A stretch of DNA of 12,919 bases from Nanobdellota archaeon (lineage in GTDB: Archaea > Nanobdellota > Nanobdellia > Nanobdellales > Nanobdellaceae), in assembly GCA_020697515.1 (NCBI GenBank), contig JAIXNB010000004.1, positions 1-12,919 of the forward strand, written 5' to 3'. The notes below the pieces were generated by a model. That model was not told where the DNA came from, ran no database searches, and saw only the letters and a program-made list of their open reading frames with translations. This document shows positions 1 to 6,224 of this stretch, in pieces (position 1 is the stretch's first letter; every line of letters begins with the position of its first letter). The position numbers were made by a program, and so were the translations under genes.

Positions 1-80
1 ACGGCACTCCCTTCAGCGAAGAGCAGGTGCATAGCCTTGTCCCTCGCCTACGGCTCATCAGCTCATCGGCGATACACTGT
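1..80. ncRNA. Truncated GC-rich, structured-RNA-like segment; identity and strand unresolved
   Basis: About 47 of the first 80 nt are G/C, against roughly one third elsewhere. The only comparable islands are the tRNA exons. The open frames here use codons (ggc, ccc, cgc, cgg, gcg, tcg) that are foreign to the AT-rich codon usage of every gene in the window, which argues for RNA rather than protein. There is a local hairpin, CTC-CC-TTC / AGC / GAA-GAG, at 7-23. On the minus strand a TATA-like ATTTTTAAAA (96-105) lies about 25 nt upstream of the GC block. On the plus strand the block is followed by GTTTGTTTTA (91-100). Either orientation is therefore possible, and the block runs off the window edge. 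Confidence 0.3.
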
Positions 81-289
81 AGTTATATTAGTTTGTTTTA
101 AAAATACTAAAAAGTCATCATAGTTTCCAAGAGAACCTAAGTGCTCGAATAAGTGAATAGTCCTTTGAAGTAACTGCCAAAAAAAGGAAAAATGGTATGG
201 ATATTTCGACTAATTAAACTTTTTGTATTAACAAGATAGCTTCCTATCCGGATCTGGATTTATATACTCCAAAAATTTCTTAGCAAAAA

Positions 290-297
290 TTTAAATA
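290..297 (+). promoter_or_regulatory. TATA box TTTAAATA at -30..-23 of the ATG at 320 (leaderless mRNA implied)
   Basis: This is an exact TTTAAATA octamer preceded by an A-rich stretch (AGCAAAAA). The same octamer occurs at the same spacing upstream of the PRC-barrel gene. Confidence 0.55.
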
Positions 298-319
298 TAG
301 AATATTAATAAATAGTACA

Positions 320-556
320 ATGAAAGATTGGATGAAAGAAATTCTGTTAGGTCTAATACTATTAGTTATAGGTCTGATATTAGTATATTATTATTTACCA
401 GAAGTGATCAAAGTAGTATTAGGTATTTTGGGGCCACTGCTAGCTTTCCTTGGTATTATATTTATTTGGATAGGTATTGAAGATAAAAAATTGGAAAAGG
501 AGCTAGAGGAACTCGAAAAAGAGTTAGAGAGGGAGGAAGATAGTGGCAAAGAATAA
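320..556 (+). CDS. Small membrane protein of unknown function, with two predicted TM helices and an acidic/lysine-rich coiled-coil-like tail
   Basis: The 78-aa ORF has hydrophobic stretches ILLGLILLVIGLILVYYYL and VLGILGPLLAFLGIIFIWIGI followed by EDKKLEKELEELEKELEREEDSGKE. A consensus TATA sits at the leaderless distance. I do not recognise a family. Confidence 0.6.
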   Translation: MKDWMKEILLGLILLVIGLILVYYYLPEVIKVVLGILGPLLAFLGIIFIWIGIEDKKLEKELEELEKELEREEDSGKE

Positions 557-690
557 TAAAATTTTAAATATCCTGACTCATAGAATTTATTTTTAGTACC
601 TCACATCATCAGCAGTTGTACATTTTGTAGAGTTCTGTAATAAAAGTAAAATGAGATTATATAGGAGGTTGTGATATAATATACTAACTC

Positions 691-698
691 TTTTAAAT
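691..698 (+). promoter_or_regulatory. TATA-like TTTTAAAT about 21-28 nt upstream of the rpl15e ATG
   Basis: The A/T octamer sits at the recurrent spacing. No Shine-Dalgarno motif lies next to the ATG. Confidence 0.45.
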
Positions 699-718
699 TT
701 TCTTTTTAAAATCGCTAA

Positions 719-1252
719 ATGTCTAAGTCATTTTACTGGTATGTTGCACAGCTTTGGAAAAGACCAAAAGATTACTTGGGTGAACTTTGGAAAGAAAGAT
801 TAATTAAATGGAGAAGGGAGCCCGCTATAGTTAAAATTGAGAGACCCACAAGAATTGACAAAGCAAGGAGATTAGGTTGGAAACCTATTCAAGGGATAAC
901 AGTTGTTAGAGTTAGGGTAAGAAGAGGTACTCGAAAAAGAGATGATATGCCAAGATCTAGAAGGACAAAGTCATATTACTGGTATAGACCTTTGGGGATA
1001 CCTTTACAGGTTATCGCAGAACAGAGAGCTGCTAGAAAGTATCCAAATATGGAAGTTTTATCCTCCTATTATGTAGGGGAAGATGGACAATATAAGTGGT
1101 ATGAAGTTATTCTTGTAGATCCATCCCACCCATCTATAAGAGCTAGAGAAGAATATGCATGGTTGGCACAAAGATCTCAAAGGAGAAGAGTGTTTAGAGG
1201 TCTCACACCAAGGATGAGAAAACACAGAAAAATATCCAATTATTGGAAATAA
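719..1252 (+). CDS. rpl15e: 50S ribosomal protein L15e
   Basis: The 177-aa product has the N-terminus SFYWYVAQLWKRPK, a very basic composition, and motifs GITVVRVRVRRG and RRTKSYYWYRP that are typical of archaeal/eukaryotic L15e. Confidence 0.93.
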   Translation: MSKSFYWYVAQLWKRPKDYLGELWKERLIKWRREPAIVKIERPTRIDKARRLGWKPIQGITVVRVRVRRGTRKRDDMPRSRRTKSYYWYRPLGIPLQVIAEQRAARKYPNMEVLSSYYVGEDGQYKWYEVILVDPSHPSIRAREEYAWLAQRSQRRRVFRGLTPRMRKHRKISNYWK

Positions 1253-1397
1253 CTATTAAAAGCTCAAAACTATTAATTTTTAATTTGTTTTTAAAATTTT
1301 TACAAAACTATAGTCTTATATCCAAATAGCTAAGCAAGTGTTTTTATAATTATTATATTAATTATATATTAAAAAGATATTATTTTAATAGAATCAT

Positions 1398-2372
1398 ATG
1401 CCTAAGCAGAAAAAAATACAAGATATTGAAGATTTACCCGGGGTAGGTCCAAAAACTGCAGAAAAGCTTAGACAAGCCGGTTATCATACTTTAATCGATA
1501 TTGCTGCTGCGTCGATACATGAGCTATCGGAAACTGTTGGTATTGGGGAGGAGACTGCTAAAAAGATAATAGAATCTGCCAAGGAAGCTTTGGGGTTTGG
1601 TTTCCAATCAGCTTATGATTACTATCTAGATAGACAGCAAGTGGAAAGGATAACCACTGGTTCTAAAGCGTTGGATGAGCTGCTAGGGGGTGGAATAGAA
1701 ACTCAGTCCATAGTGGAAGCATTTGGAGAGTTTGGAAGTGGGAAAACACAATTAGGTCATCAATTAGCGGTTAATGTACAATTACCAAAAGATAGGGGTG
1801 GACTTTCAGAAACGGATAAACCAGCAGAAGTCGTCTACATAGACACTGAAGGTACATTCAGACCAGAGAGAATTAGACAAATGGCTGAAGCTGTTGGTTT
1901 GGATCCTGACGAAGCATTGAAGCATGTTTTAGTTGCTAGAGCACTAAATACCGATCATCAAATGAACCTTGTCAGAAAGGTTCCAAAGTTAATTAAAGAA
2001 GGACACAATATACGGTTAGTTGTAATAGATTCCATAACAGCCCATTTTAGAGCAGAGTATGTAGGAAGAGGTACTTTAGCTGAAAGACAACAAAAGTTGA
2101 ATAAACATTTAAGAGATCTTCTTAAGTTGGCAACAACATATAATCTAACAGTTTATGTTACTAATCAAGTAATGGCAAAACCTGATAACTTTATAGGTAT
2201 AGATTTTGTACAAGCTGTTGGTGGACATGTTTTAGCCCATGCAATAACCTATAGGATTTTCCTGAGAAAAGGTAAAGGAGGTGTTAGAATCGCCAGACTT
2301 ATAGATGCCCCACATTTACCCGAAAGAGAAGTAACATTCAAAATAACAGACGAGGGTATAAAGGATGTATAA
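1398..2372 (+). CDS. radA: DNA repair and recombination protein RadA
   Basis: The 324-aa product has an N-terminal HhH region ([20 protein letters not shown]), a Walker A motif GEFGSGKTQ, a Walker B-like [15 protein letters not shown], and a conserved TNQV...GGHVLAH segment. Confidence 0.95.
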   Translation: MPKQKKIQDIEDLPGVGPKTAEKLRQAGYHTLIDIAAASIHELSETVGIGEETAKKIIESAKEALGFGFQSAYDYYLDRQQVERITTGSKALDELLGGGIETQSIVEAFGEFGSGKTQLGHQLAVNVQLPKDRGGLSETDKPAEVVYIDTEGTFRPERIRQMAEAVGLDPDEALKHVLVARALNTDHQMNLVRKVPKLIKEGHNIRLVVIDSITAHFRAEYVGRGTLAERQQKLNKHLRDLLKLATTYNLTVYVTNQVMAKPDNFIGIDFVQAVGGHVLAHAITYRIFLRKGKGGVRIARLIDAPHLPEREVTFKITDEGIKDV

Positions 2373-2373
2373 A

Positions 2374-2394
2374 TTTTTCTTTATTCTATTTTTT
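2374..2394 (+). terminator. Oligo-T tracts (T5 at 2374-2378, T6 at 2389-2394) just after the radA stop
   Basis: Archaeal RNAP terminates at oligo-T runs, and these start 2 nt after the TAA. Confidence 0.45.
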
Positions 2395-2427
2395 ATATAT
2401 TAATATTTTCCCATTCCTGAGGAAATT

Positions 2428-2435
2428 TTTAAATA
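2428..2435 (+). promoter_or_regulatory. TATA box TTTAAATA at -30..-23 of the ATG at 2458
   Basis: This is an exact consensus octamer at exactly the same spacing as at ORF 320. Confidence 0.55.
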
Positions 2436-2457
2436 AAACATAAAGATAGTATTTAAA

Positions 2458-2712
2458 ATGGATAGAATAGAGGGGTCATCCTTACTTGGAAGACTTGTTG
2501 TTAGTAATAAAGGAAGAAAGTTGGGAGAAGTGGCAGATTTAATATTTGATGCAAAAAGTGGAGAGATACTACATATTGTTTTAAAGAATCCAACAGATTA
2601 TGTTAATAAGATTGGATTAGAGAAAACCAAAGATGGGCAATTTCTTGTTCCTTTCTCTGCTGTATTATCTATTGGAGATTTTATAATCATAGCTGAAGAA
2701 GAGCTTGTATAA
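2458..2712 (+). CDS. Stand-alone PRC-barrel domain protein (candidate CdpB-like cell-division factor)
   Basis: The 84-aa product follows the pattern LLGRLVVSNKGRKLGEVADLIFDAKSGEILHIVL...FLVPFSAVLSIGDFIII, which matches the PRC-barrel fold signature (L-G-x-V-x3-G-x-LG-x-V-x-D-x-D-x3-G-x-I). Confidence 0.75.
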   Translation: MDRIEGSSLLGRLVVSNKGRKLGEVADLIFDAKSGEILHIVLKNPTDYVNKIGLEKTKDGQFLVPFSAVLSIGDFIIIAEEELV

Positions 2713-2979
2713 TCTTATTTTTCAAAACCTACCACAACCAAAAACTTTTCTTTAGAGTATAGGAAGAAATTAGATAGACCTTGGAAAATGTTCGAAAAAA
2801 ATTGATATTCAAATTCTTCATTGTCTTACGAATCTTGAGAACGAAAAAAGCATCCTATCTGAAATATTACTTAAATTTAGAAACTAATTTTGAACCCGGG
2901 CCGGGGGGGATTTGAACCCCCGACCTGCGGGTTAAGAGCTTCGGCGGCCACCCCCGCTAATTTTTAAATACCATTAAAA

Positions 2980-2987
2980 TATTTAAA
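2980..2987 (-). promoter_or_regulatory. Intronic TATA-like TTTAAATA at -30..-23 relative to the first G of the 3' GC arm (2957)
   Basis: The octamer and spacing are the same as at the promoters of ORF 320 and the PRC-barrel gene, and it is preceded by the purine-rich AAGAAGG. A chance occurrence in AT-rich DNA cannot be excluded. Confidence 0.35.
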
Positions 2988-3054
2988 CCTTCTTATTTGA
3001 GATATAAGCGAATAGTCTAGAGAGGCTTATTAGGATATAAACTAATAAATTTAT

Positions 3055-3059
3055 AAAAA
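3055..3059 (-). terminator. T5 tract immediately after the 5' exon and its GC clamp, inside the tRNA intron
   Basis: The minus strand reads CCCCCGCGG-TTTTT-AT. An oligo-T run after a GC-rich stretch is the archaeal terminator signal. Confidence 0.4.
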
Positions 3060-3138
3060 CCGCGGGGGTGGTCACCGCCGCTCTGCCAGGCTGAGCTACC
3101 GGCCCATTAAAGAAGATACAAAATTCTAGAAACTAAAC

Positions 3139-3146
3139 TATTTAAA
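3139..3146 (-). promoter_or_regulatory. TATA box TTTAAATA at -41..-34 relative to tRNA nucleotide 1
   Basis: The consensus octamer lies upstream of the tRNA. The spacing predicts a 5' leader of roughly 8-12 nt rather than a leaderless tRNA. Confidence 0.5.
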
Positions 3147-3284
3147 TATTACCTATCTGCTATTATCTTGTTTTCCTCTGACCTAGAAGGACTCATCGAC
3201 TCGGTTAGGGTAATGCTAAAAGTACTAATTAGGTGATCAAAGGGAGAACTTAGTGAGTATTTTAAGATTCAGCAGTAATTAAAT

Positions 3285-3290
3285 AAAAAA
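3285..3290 (-). terminator. T6 tract 3 nt downstream of the FKBP gene stop
   Basis: The minus strand reads TAA-TCT-TTTTT-AT directly after the stop at 3293-3295. Confidence 0.45.
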
Positions 3291-3292
3291 GA

Positions 3293-3862
3293 TTATAGAT
3301 TATAGTTCTTTAACTCATCTATAATTCTCCTTAATAGGTCTTTATATTCTTGCGGTAACTCTTTTCCATTTATACTAATTTTTATATTTTTATTATCTAT
3401 ATTTACAGTTATATTTTCCCTATCCACTCCAAATAAGAATGATAGTAATCCCTTTATTTTATCTTTTAGATCTTTTACTTCCCTTATAACTTCTACTTCA
3501 TATATAAGATCTTTTCCTGCAACTGGGTGATTAAAGTCTACTATTACTCTACCGCCAGATATACTTAAGATTATCCCTTTTCTCCCATCTACATTTACAA
3601 TCAGCCCGGGAGAAGGTCTTATACCTCTCCTAATGAATTCTGATAATGGGATTATCTTTATCAGTTCATCTTTTCTTTCACCAAACGGTTTGACGAACTC
3701 AAACCTATAGTGTTTACCGGGTTCTACATCTTGCAATGCTTTCTCTAAAAAAGTATACAACAATCCTTTACCAACAGGTACTACTATTGGCCTCTCAGAG
3801 TAATCAAATATCTGATTGGTTTCTTTGATGTATGCAATGTACCTTAACTCTAGAAATCGCAT
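3293..3862 (-). CDS. FKBP-type peptidyl-prolyl cis-trans isomerase (SlyD-like, with insert-in-flap domain)
   Basis: Diagnostic segments are VVPVGKGLLYTFLEKAL, FGERKDELIKIIPLSEF and GGRVIVDFNHPVAGKDLIYEVEVIREV; NHPLAGK-x-L-x-F-x-V is the family signature. I place the start at the second Met (3862) rather than the track start (3898). ATATAAAG at 3884-3891 then lies at -29..-22 as for other genes, and the 12 extra residues (MYHIKFCPTVYL) would cover that promoter. Confidence 0.85.
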   Translation of the reverse strand: MRFLELRYIAYIKETNQIFDYSERPIVVPVGKGLLYTFLEKALQDVEPGKHYRFEFVKPFGERKDELIKIIPLSEFIRRGIRPSPGLIVNVDGRKGIILSISGGRVIVDFNHPVAGKDLIYEVEVIREVKDLKDKIKGLLSFLFGVDRENITVNIDNKNIKISINGKELPQEYKDLLRRIIDELKNYNL

Positions 3863-3883
3863 TAGATAAACGGTGGGGCAAAA

Positions 3884-3891
3884 CTTTATAT
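3884..3891 (-). promoter_or_regulatory. TATA box ATATAAAG for the FKBP gene
   Basis: It lies at -29..-22 from the ATG at 3862 on the minus strand. Confidence 0.5.
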
Positions 3892-3952
3892 GATACAATG
3901 TTTAACCATAAGTGAAAAACTTAATAAGATTTAGATAAAGTTAATTTTAAGG

Positions 3953-5026
3953 ATGGAGTCAGAAAACATGATTGACAAAGAGTTGGAAGAATTTTTATCT
4001 CAAACTCTTAAAAAGATAAAAGTTGTTGGTTGTGGAGGTGGTGGAAGTAATACAATAGATAGACTCTATGAAATGGGGGTTTATGGTGCAGAACTAATTG
4101 CTATAAATACTGATGTTGGACATTTACTCAAAATTAAAGCTCATCAAAAGATCTTAATTGGTAAGCAACTGACTAGAGGTTTGGGTGCTGGCAAGAACCC
4201 CAAGGTAGGAGAGGAGGCTGCTAAGGAGTCTGAACAAGACATAAAACGTGCTCTAGAGGGAGCTGATGTTGTGTTTATTACTTGTGGTTTAGGTGGAGGA
4301 ACTGGTACAGGCTCTGCTCCAGTTGTAGCAGAGATAGCTAAAAAATTAGGTGCTATAGTTATCGCAGTTTGTACATGGCCATTTTCAGTTGAAGGGGCAA
4401 ATATATGGAATAATGCTTTGTATGGTTTAGAGAGGTTGGAAGATACTGTGGACCTATTAATTGTAATACCTAATGATAAAATTTTGGAACTCTACCCAGA
4501 TGTCCCGATATTACAGGCCTTCAAAGTTGTAGATACTGTTTTAGCAAATGCTCTAAAAGAATTAACAGAGTTATTGACTAAGCCTGGATACATAAATGTG
4601 GATTTTGCAGATTTCAAGGCAGTTGTTTCAGGTGCTGGTTACGGCCTATTCGGTGTGGGTGAATCTGATTCAGAAAATAGAGCAATTGAAGCTGTTGAGA
4701 GAGCATTAAATAATCCTCTAATAGATATAGATATATCCGGAGCAAGAGCTGCCTTAGTAAGAATTACAGGTTCAGAGGATATGACTCCAGAGGATATAGA
4801 GAAAATATTAGAATCTGTAAAGTCCAGAATAGATCCAAATGCGGCACTAATCTACGGTATTGCGTTTGAGGAAGGTAAAAAGAATTACATAAGAGTATCT
4901 GTAGTCGTAACAAAACTAAAAAGATCTCCAGAATTTATAAATAAAGTGAAAGGTAAAGAGGAGTTAATGAAGAAGGAAGAGAAAAAGAAATTGGAAGAAG
5001 AATTAGGGATTGAAGTAATAACATAA
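3953..5026 (+). CDS. ftsZ: Cell division GTPase FtsZ
   Basis: The 357-aa product has VVGCGGGGSN, the tubulin signature GLGGGTGTGSAP, the NTD...L element and the T7-loop region IPND. It ends in a Lys/Glu-rich linker and a short conserved C-terminal peptide. The start could also be Met6 (3968). Confidence 0.95.
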   Translation: MESENMIDKELEEFLSQTLKKIKVVGCGGGGSNTIDRLYEMGVYGAELIAINTDVGHLLKIKAHQKILIGKQLTRGLGAGKNPKVGEEAAKESEQDIKRALEGADVVFITCGLGGGTGTGSAPVVAEIAKKLGAIVIAVCTWPFSVEGANIWNNALYGLERLEDTVDLLIVIPNDKILELYPDVPILQAFKVVDTVLANALKELTELLTKPGYINVDFADFKAVVSGAGYGLFGVGESDSENRAIEAVERALNNPLIDIDISGARAALVRITGSEDMTPEDIEKILESVKSRIDPNAALIYGIAFEEGKKNYIRVSVVVTKLKRSPEFINKVKGKEELMKKEEKKKLEEELGIEVIT

Positions 5027-5053
5027 AAAAGTTGTTCTAATCAAGAAATAGTT

Positions 5054-5500
5054 TCACTCCTCCTCCCTTTTTATTATTCTAACACCATTAGCAGGGACTG
5101 TTATATTCAACGGTACTGGTGTATCCAATAGTTCTACAGTTAACTCTTCCTTCTTTGCATCGATTTTCAAAACTTTTGCTCTAGTACCTTTAAAGGCCCC
5201 AATAAGTATCTCTACTATATCTCCTCTCTTGAACTCTTCCACCTTCTTCTCCTCTTCTAAGAACTTAAATATTTCATCTGGATGTATTTCCTGAGGCAAT
5301 ACTACTTTAGCATGCCTCATTCCATGTATGGCCCTTTGGACCTCCAGTGGATTCGAAGCTTCTATTATTATATATCCTTTTAGACCAGGAATGGACATAA
5401 TAGAATATATCTCAAGTTTTTGTCTTTTTACTTCATGAGCAATTAATTCTACAACTAATTCTTCCTTCCCCGCTGTAGTTCTAACAGCATAAAACGGCAT
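5054..5500 (-). CDS. spt5: Transcription elongation factor Spt5 (archaeal NusG)
   Basis: The 148-aa product has an NGN domain (FYAVRTTAGKEELV...GLKGYIIIEA...HGMRHAK) and a KOW motif (GDIVEILIGAFKGTRAKVLKID). Confidence 0.9.
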   Translation of the reverse strand: MPFYAVRTTAGKEELVVELIAHEVKRQKLEIYSIMSIPGLKGYIIIEASNPLEVQRAIHGMRHAKVVLPQEIHPDEIFKFLEEEKKVEEFKRGDIVEILIGAFKGTRAKVLKIDAKKEELTVELLDTPVPLNITVPANGVRIIKREEE

Positions 5501-5502
5501 CC

Positions 5503-5673
5503 TTATAGTAAATATTCAATTAATATAAATATTACTAAGCCTATGAAACCCACCACCATTGAGATCAACAGGGTTATTATAACCATCTGCTTTGTTTCTT
5601 CCCATGTAGGTTTTCTAGCAATTTTCCAAACACTATAAAGTTCATCAATCAATTTTTTTATTTGGTCTATCAT
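5503..5673 (-). CDS. secE: Preprotein translocase subunit SecE / Sec61-gamma (56 aa; not in the supplied ORF track)
   Basis: My own translation of the minus strand gives MIDQIKKLIDELYSVWKIARKPTWEETKQMVIITLLISMVVGFIGLVIFILIEYLL*. The KPTWEE motif followed by a single C-terminal TM helix is the archaeal SecE hallmark. Its stop lies 2 nt before the spt5 ATG, which is the conserved secE-spt5 linkage. Confidence 0.85.
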   Translation of the reverse strand: MIDQIKKLIDELYSVWKIARKPTWEETKQMVIITLLISMVVGFIGLVIFILIEYLL

Positions 5674-5685
5674 TTAACTATTAAA

Positions 5686-5703
5686 TTTAAAAATGATTTT
5701 TAA
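5686..5703. promoter_or_regulatory. Interleaved divergent TATA boxes for rpl11 (+, TTTAAAAA 5686-5693) and secE (-, TTAAAAAT 5696-5703)
   Basis: The two ATGs (5673 minus, 5716 plus) are only 42 nt apart. Each box is at -30..-23 of its own gene, so the two promoters cross over each other. Confidence 0.5.
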
Positions 5704-5715
5704 GAGTAGTCATAA

Positions 5716-6213
5716 ATGGGTAAAAAGGAAATTGTTGAAGCACTAGTTGAAGGAGGTAACGCTAAACCGACACCGCCCTTGGGACCCAAACTTAGTCAAC
5801 TGAAATTACCTGTAGGGCAAGTAATTCAGAAAATAAATGAGGCTACAAAGGACTTTAAGGGAATACAAGTTCCTGTAAAAATTATAGTAGATGTAGAGAC
5901 TAAGGAATTTGAAATAGAAGTGGGTATGCCTCCAGTCTCTGCATTAGTTAAGAAGGAGTTGGGTTTAAATACTGCTGCACACTCTCCCGGCAAAGAGTGG
6001 GTAGGTGATCTCCCCATGGAGAAAGTAGTTAAAATAGCTAAAATGAAACTAAAAGATATGAATACTGCTGATTTAAAATCTGCGGTTAAAATGATAATAG
6101 GCACAATGCTGTCTATGGGTGTAACTGCAGACGGAAAGAATCCCAAGGAAGCTACTAGAGATGTTGATGCGGGCAAATATGATGAGCTAATTAACAAATA
6201 TAAATCGGAATAG
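5716..6213 (+). CDS. rpl11: 50S ribosomal protein L11
   Basis: The 165-aa product has the N-terminal segment GGNAKPTPPLGPKLSQLKL...INEATKDFKG and the segment PPVSALVKKELG that are typical of L11. Confidence 0.95.
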   Translation: MGKKEIVEALVEGGNAKPTPPLGPKLSQLKLPVGQVIQKINEATKDFKGIQVPVKIIVDVETKEFEIEVGMPPVSALVKKELGLNTAAHSPGKEWVGDLPMEKVVKIAKMKLKDMNTADLKSAVKMIIGTMLSMGVTADGKNPKEATRDVDAGKYDELINKYKSE

Positions 6214-6224
6214 AATAGATAAAA

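Larger units (their letters stand above)
2940..3074 (-). other. tRNA intervening sequence: GC-rich complementary arms flanking an AT-rich core
   Basis: In RNA sense it reads TGACCACCCCCGCGG-TTTTT-...AT-rich...-TTTAAATA-...-GCGGGGGTGGCCGCCGAA. The arms (3073-3062 and 2957-2946) pair over 11 bp with one A.C mismatch and form the outer helix of a bulge-helix-bulge motif. Confidence 0.85.
2897..3105 (-). tRNA. tRNA-Lys(CUU) interrupted by a 135-nt intron at non-canonical position 30/31
   Basis: Exon 1 is 3105..3075, GGGCCGGTAGCTCAGCCTGGCAGAGCGGCGG. Exon 2 is 2939..2897, GCTCTTAACCCGCAGGTCGGGGGTTCAAATCCCCCCCGGCCCG. Joined, they give a 74-nt cloverleaf. The acceptor stem is GGGCCGG/CCGGCCC, the D stem GCTC/GAGC, the anticodon stem GCGGG/CCCGC, and the anticodon loop CTCTTAA (U33, anticodon CUU, A37). 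The T arm is GGGGG-TTCAAAT-CCCCC and the discriminator is G. No CCA is encoded. Confidence 0.9.

Noticed and set aside
1-80. A C/D-box sRNA on the minus strand (UGAUGA ... 38 nt ... CUGA)
   Set aside because: The box spacing could fit, but there are no recognisable D'/C' boxes and no terminal stem, and the GC block continues past the window edge. I kept it only as an unresolved RNA-like block.
664-669. GGAGGT Shine-Dalgarno-like motif
   Set aside because: It lies 50 nt upstream of the rpl15e ATG with no start codon at a useful distance. Genes here appear to be leaderless.
2963-2970. Plus-strand TTTAAATA inside the tRNA intron (would drive antisense transcription)
   Set aside because: No downstream feature sits at the right distance. 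It illustrates that this octamer can occur by chance in AT-rich DNA, so I use it as a caveat for the intronic promoter idea.
3061-3105. Reading the tRNA as having a canonical 37/38 intron
   Set aside because: That reading gives an anticodon stem GCGGT with a mismatch and a loop GACCACC lacking U33. Only the 30/31 junction gives a valid cloverleaf.
3170-3250. Moderately GC-rich spacer between the tRNA promoter and the FKBP terminator, with CGATGAG and CTGA-like strings
   Set aside because: The boxes do not match the C/D consensus, there is no convincing stem or ORF (longest is 15 aa), and the direct GACTC repeats are too short to mean anything.
3863-3898. 12-codon N-terminal extension of the FKBP ORF (MYHIKFCPTVYL) in the ORF track
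   Set aside because: The extension would cover the TATA box (3884-3891). The second Met at 3862 gives the standard leaderless spacing and a normal FKBP N-terminus.
5826-6197. 123-aa minus-strand ORF
   Set aside because: It lies entirely antisense to the well-supported rpl11. It has the low-complexity S/I/F/T-rich composition typical of the shadow frame of an AT-rich gene, and no promoter or homology signal.
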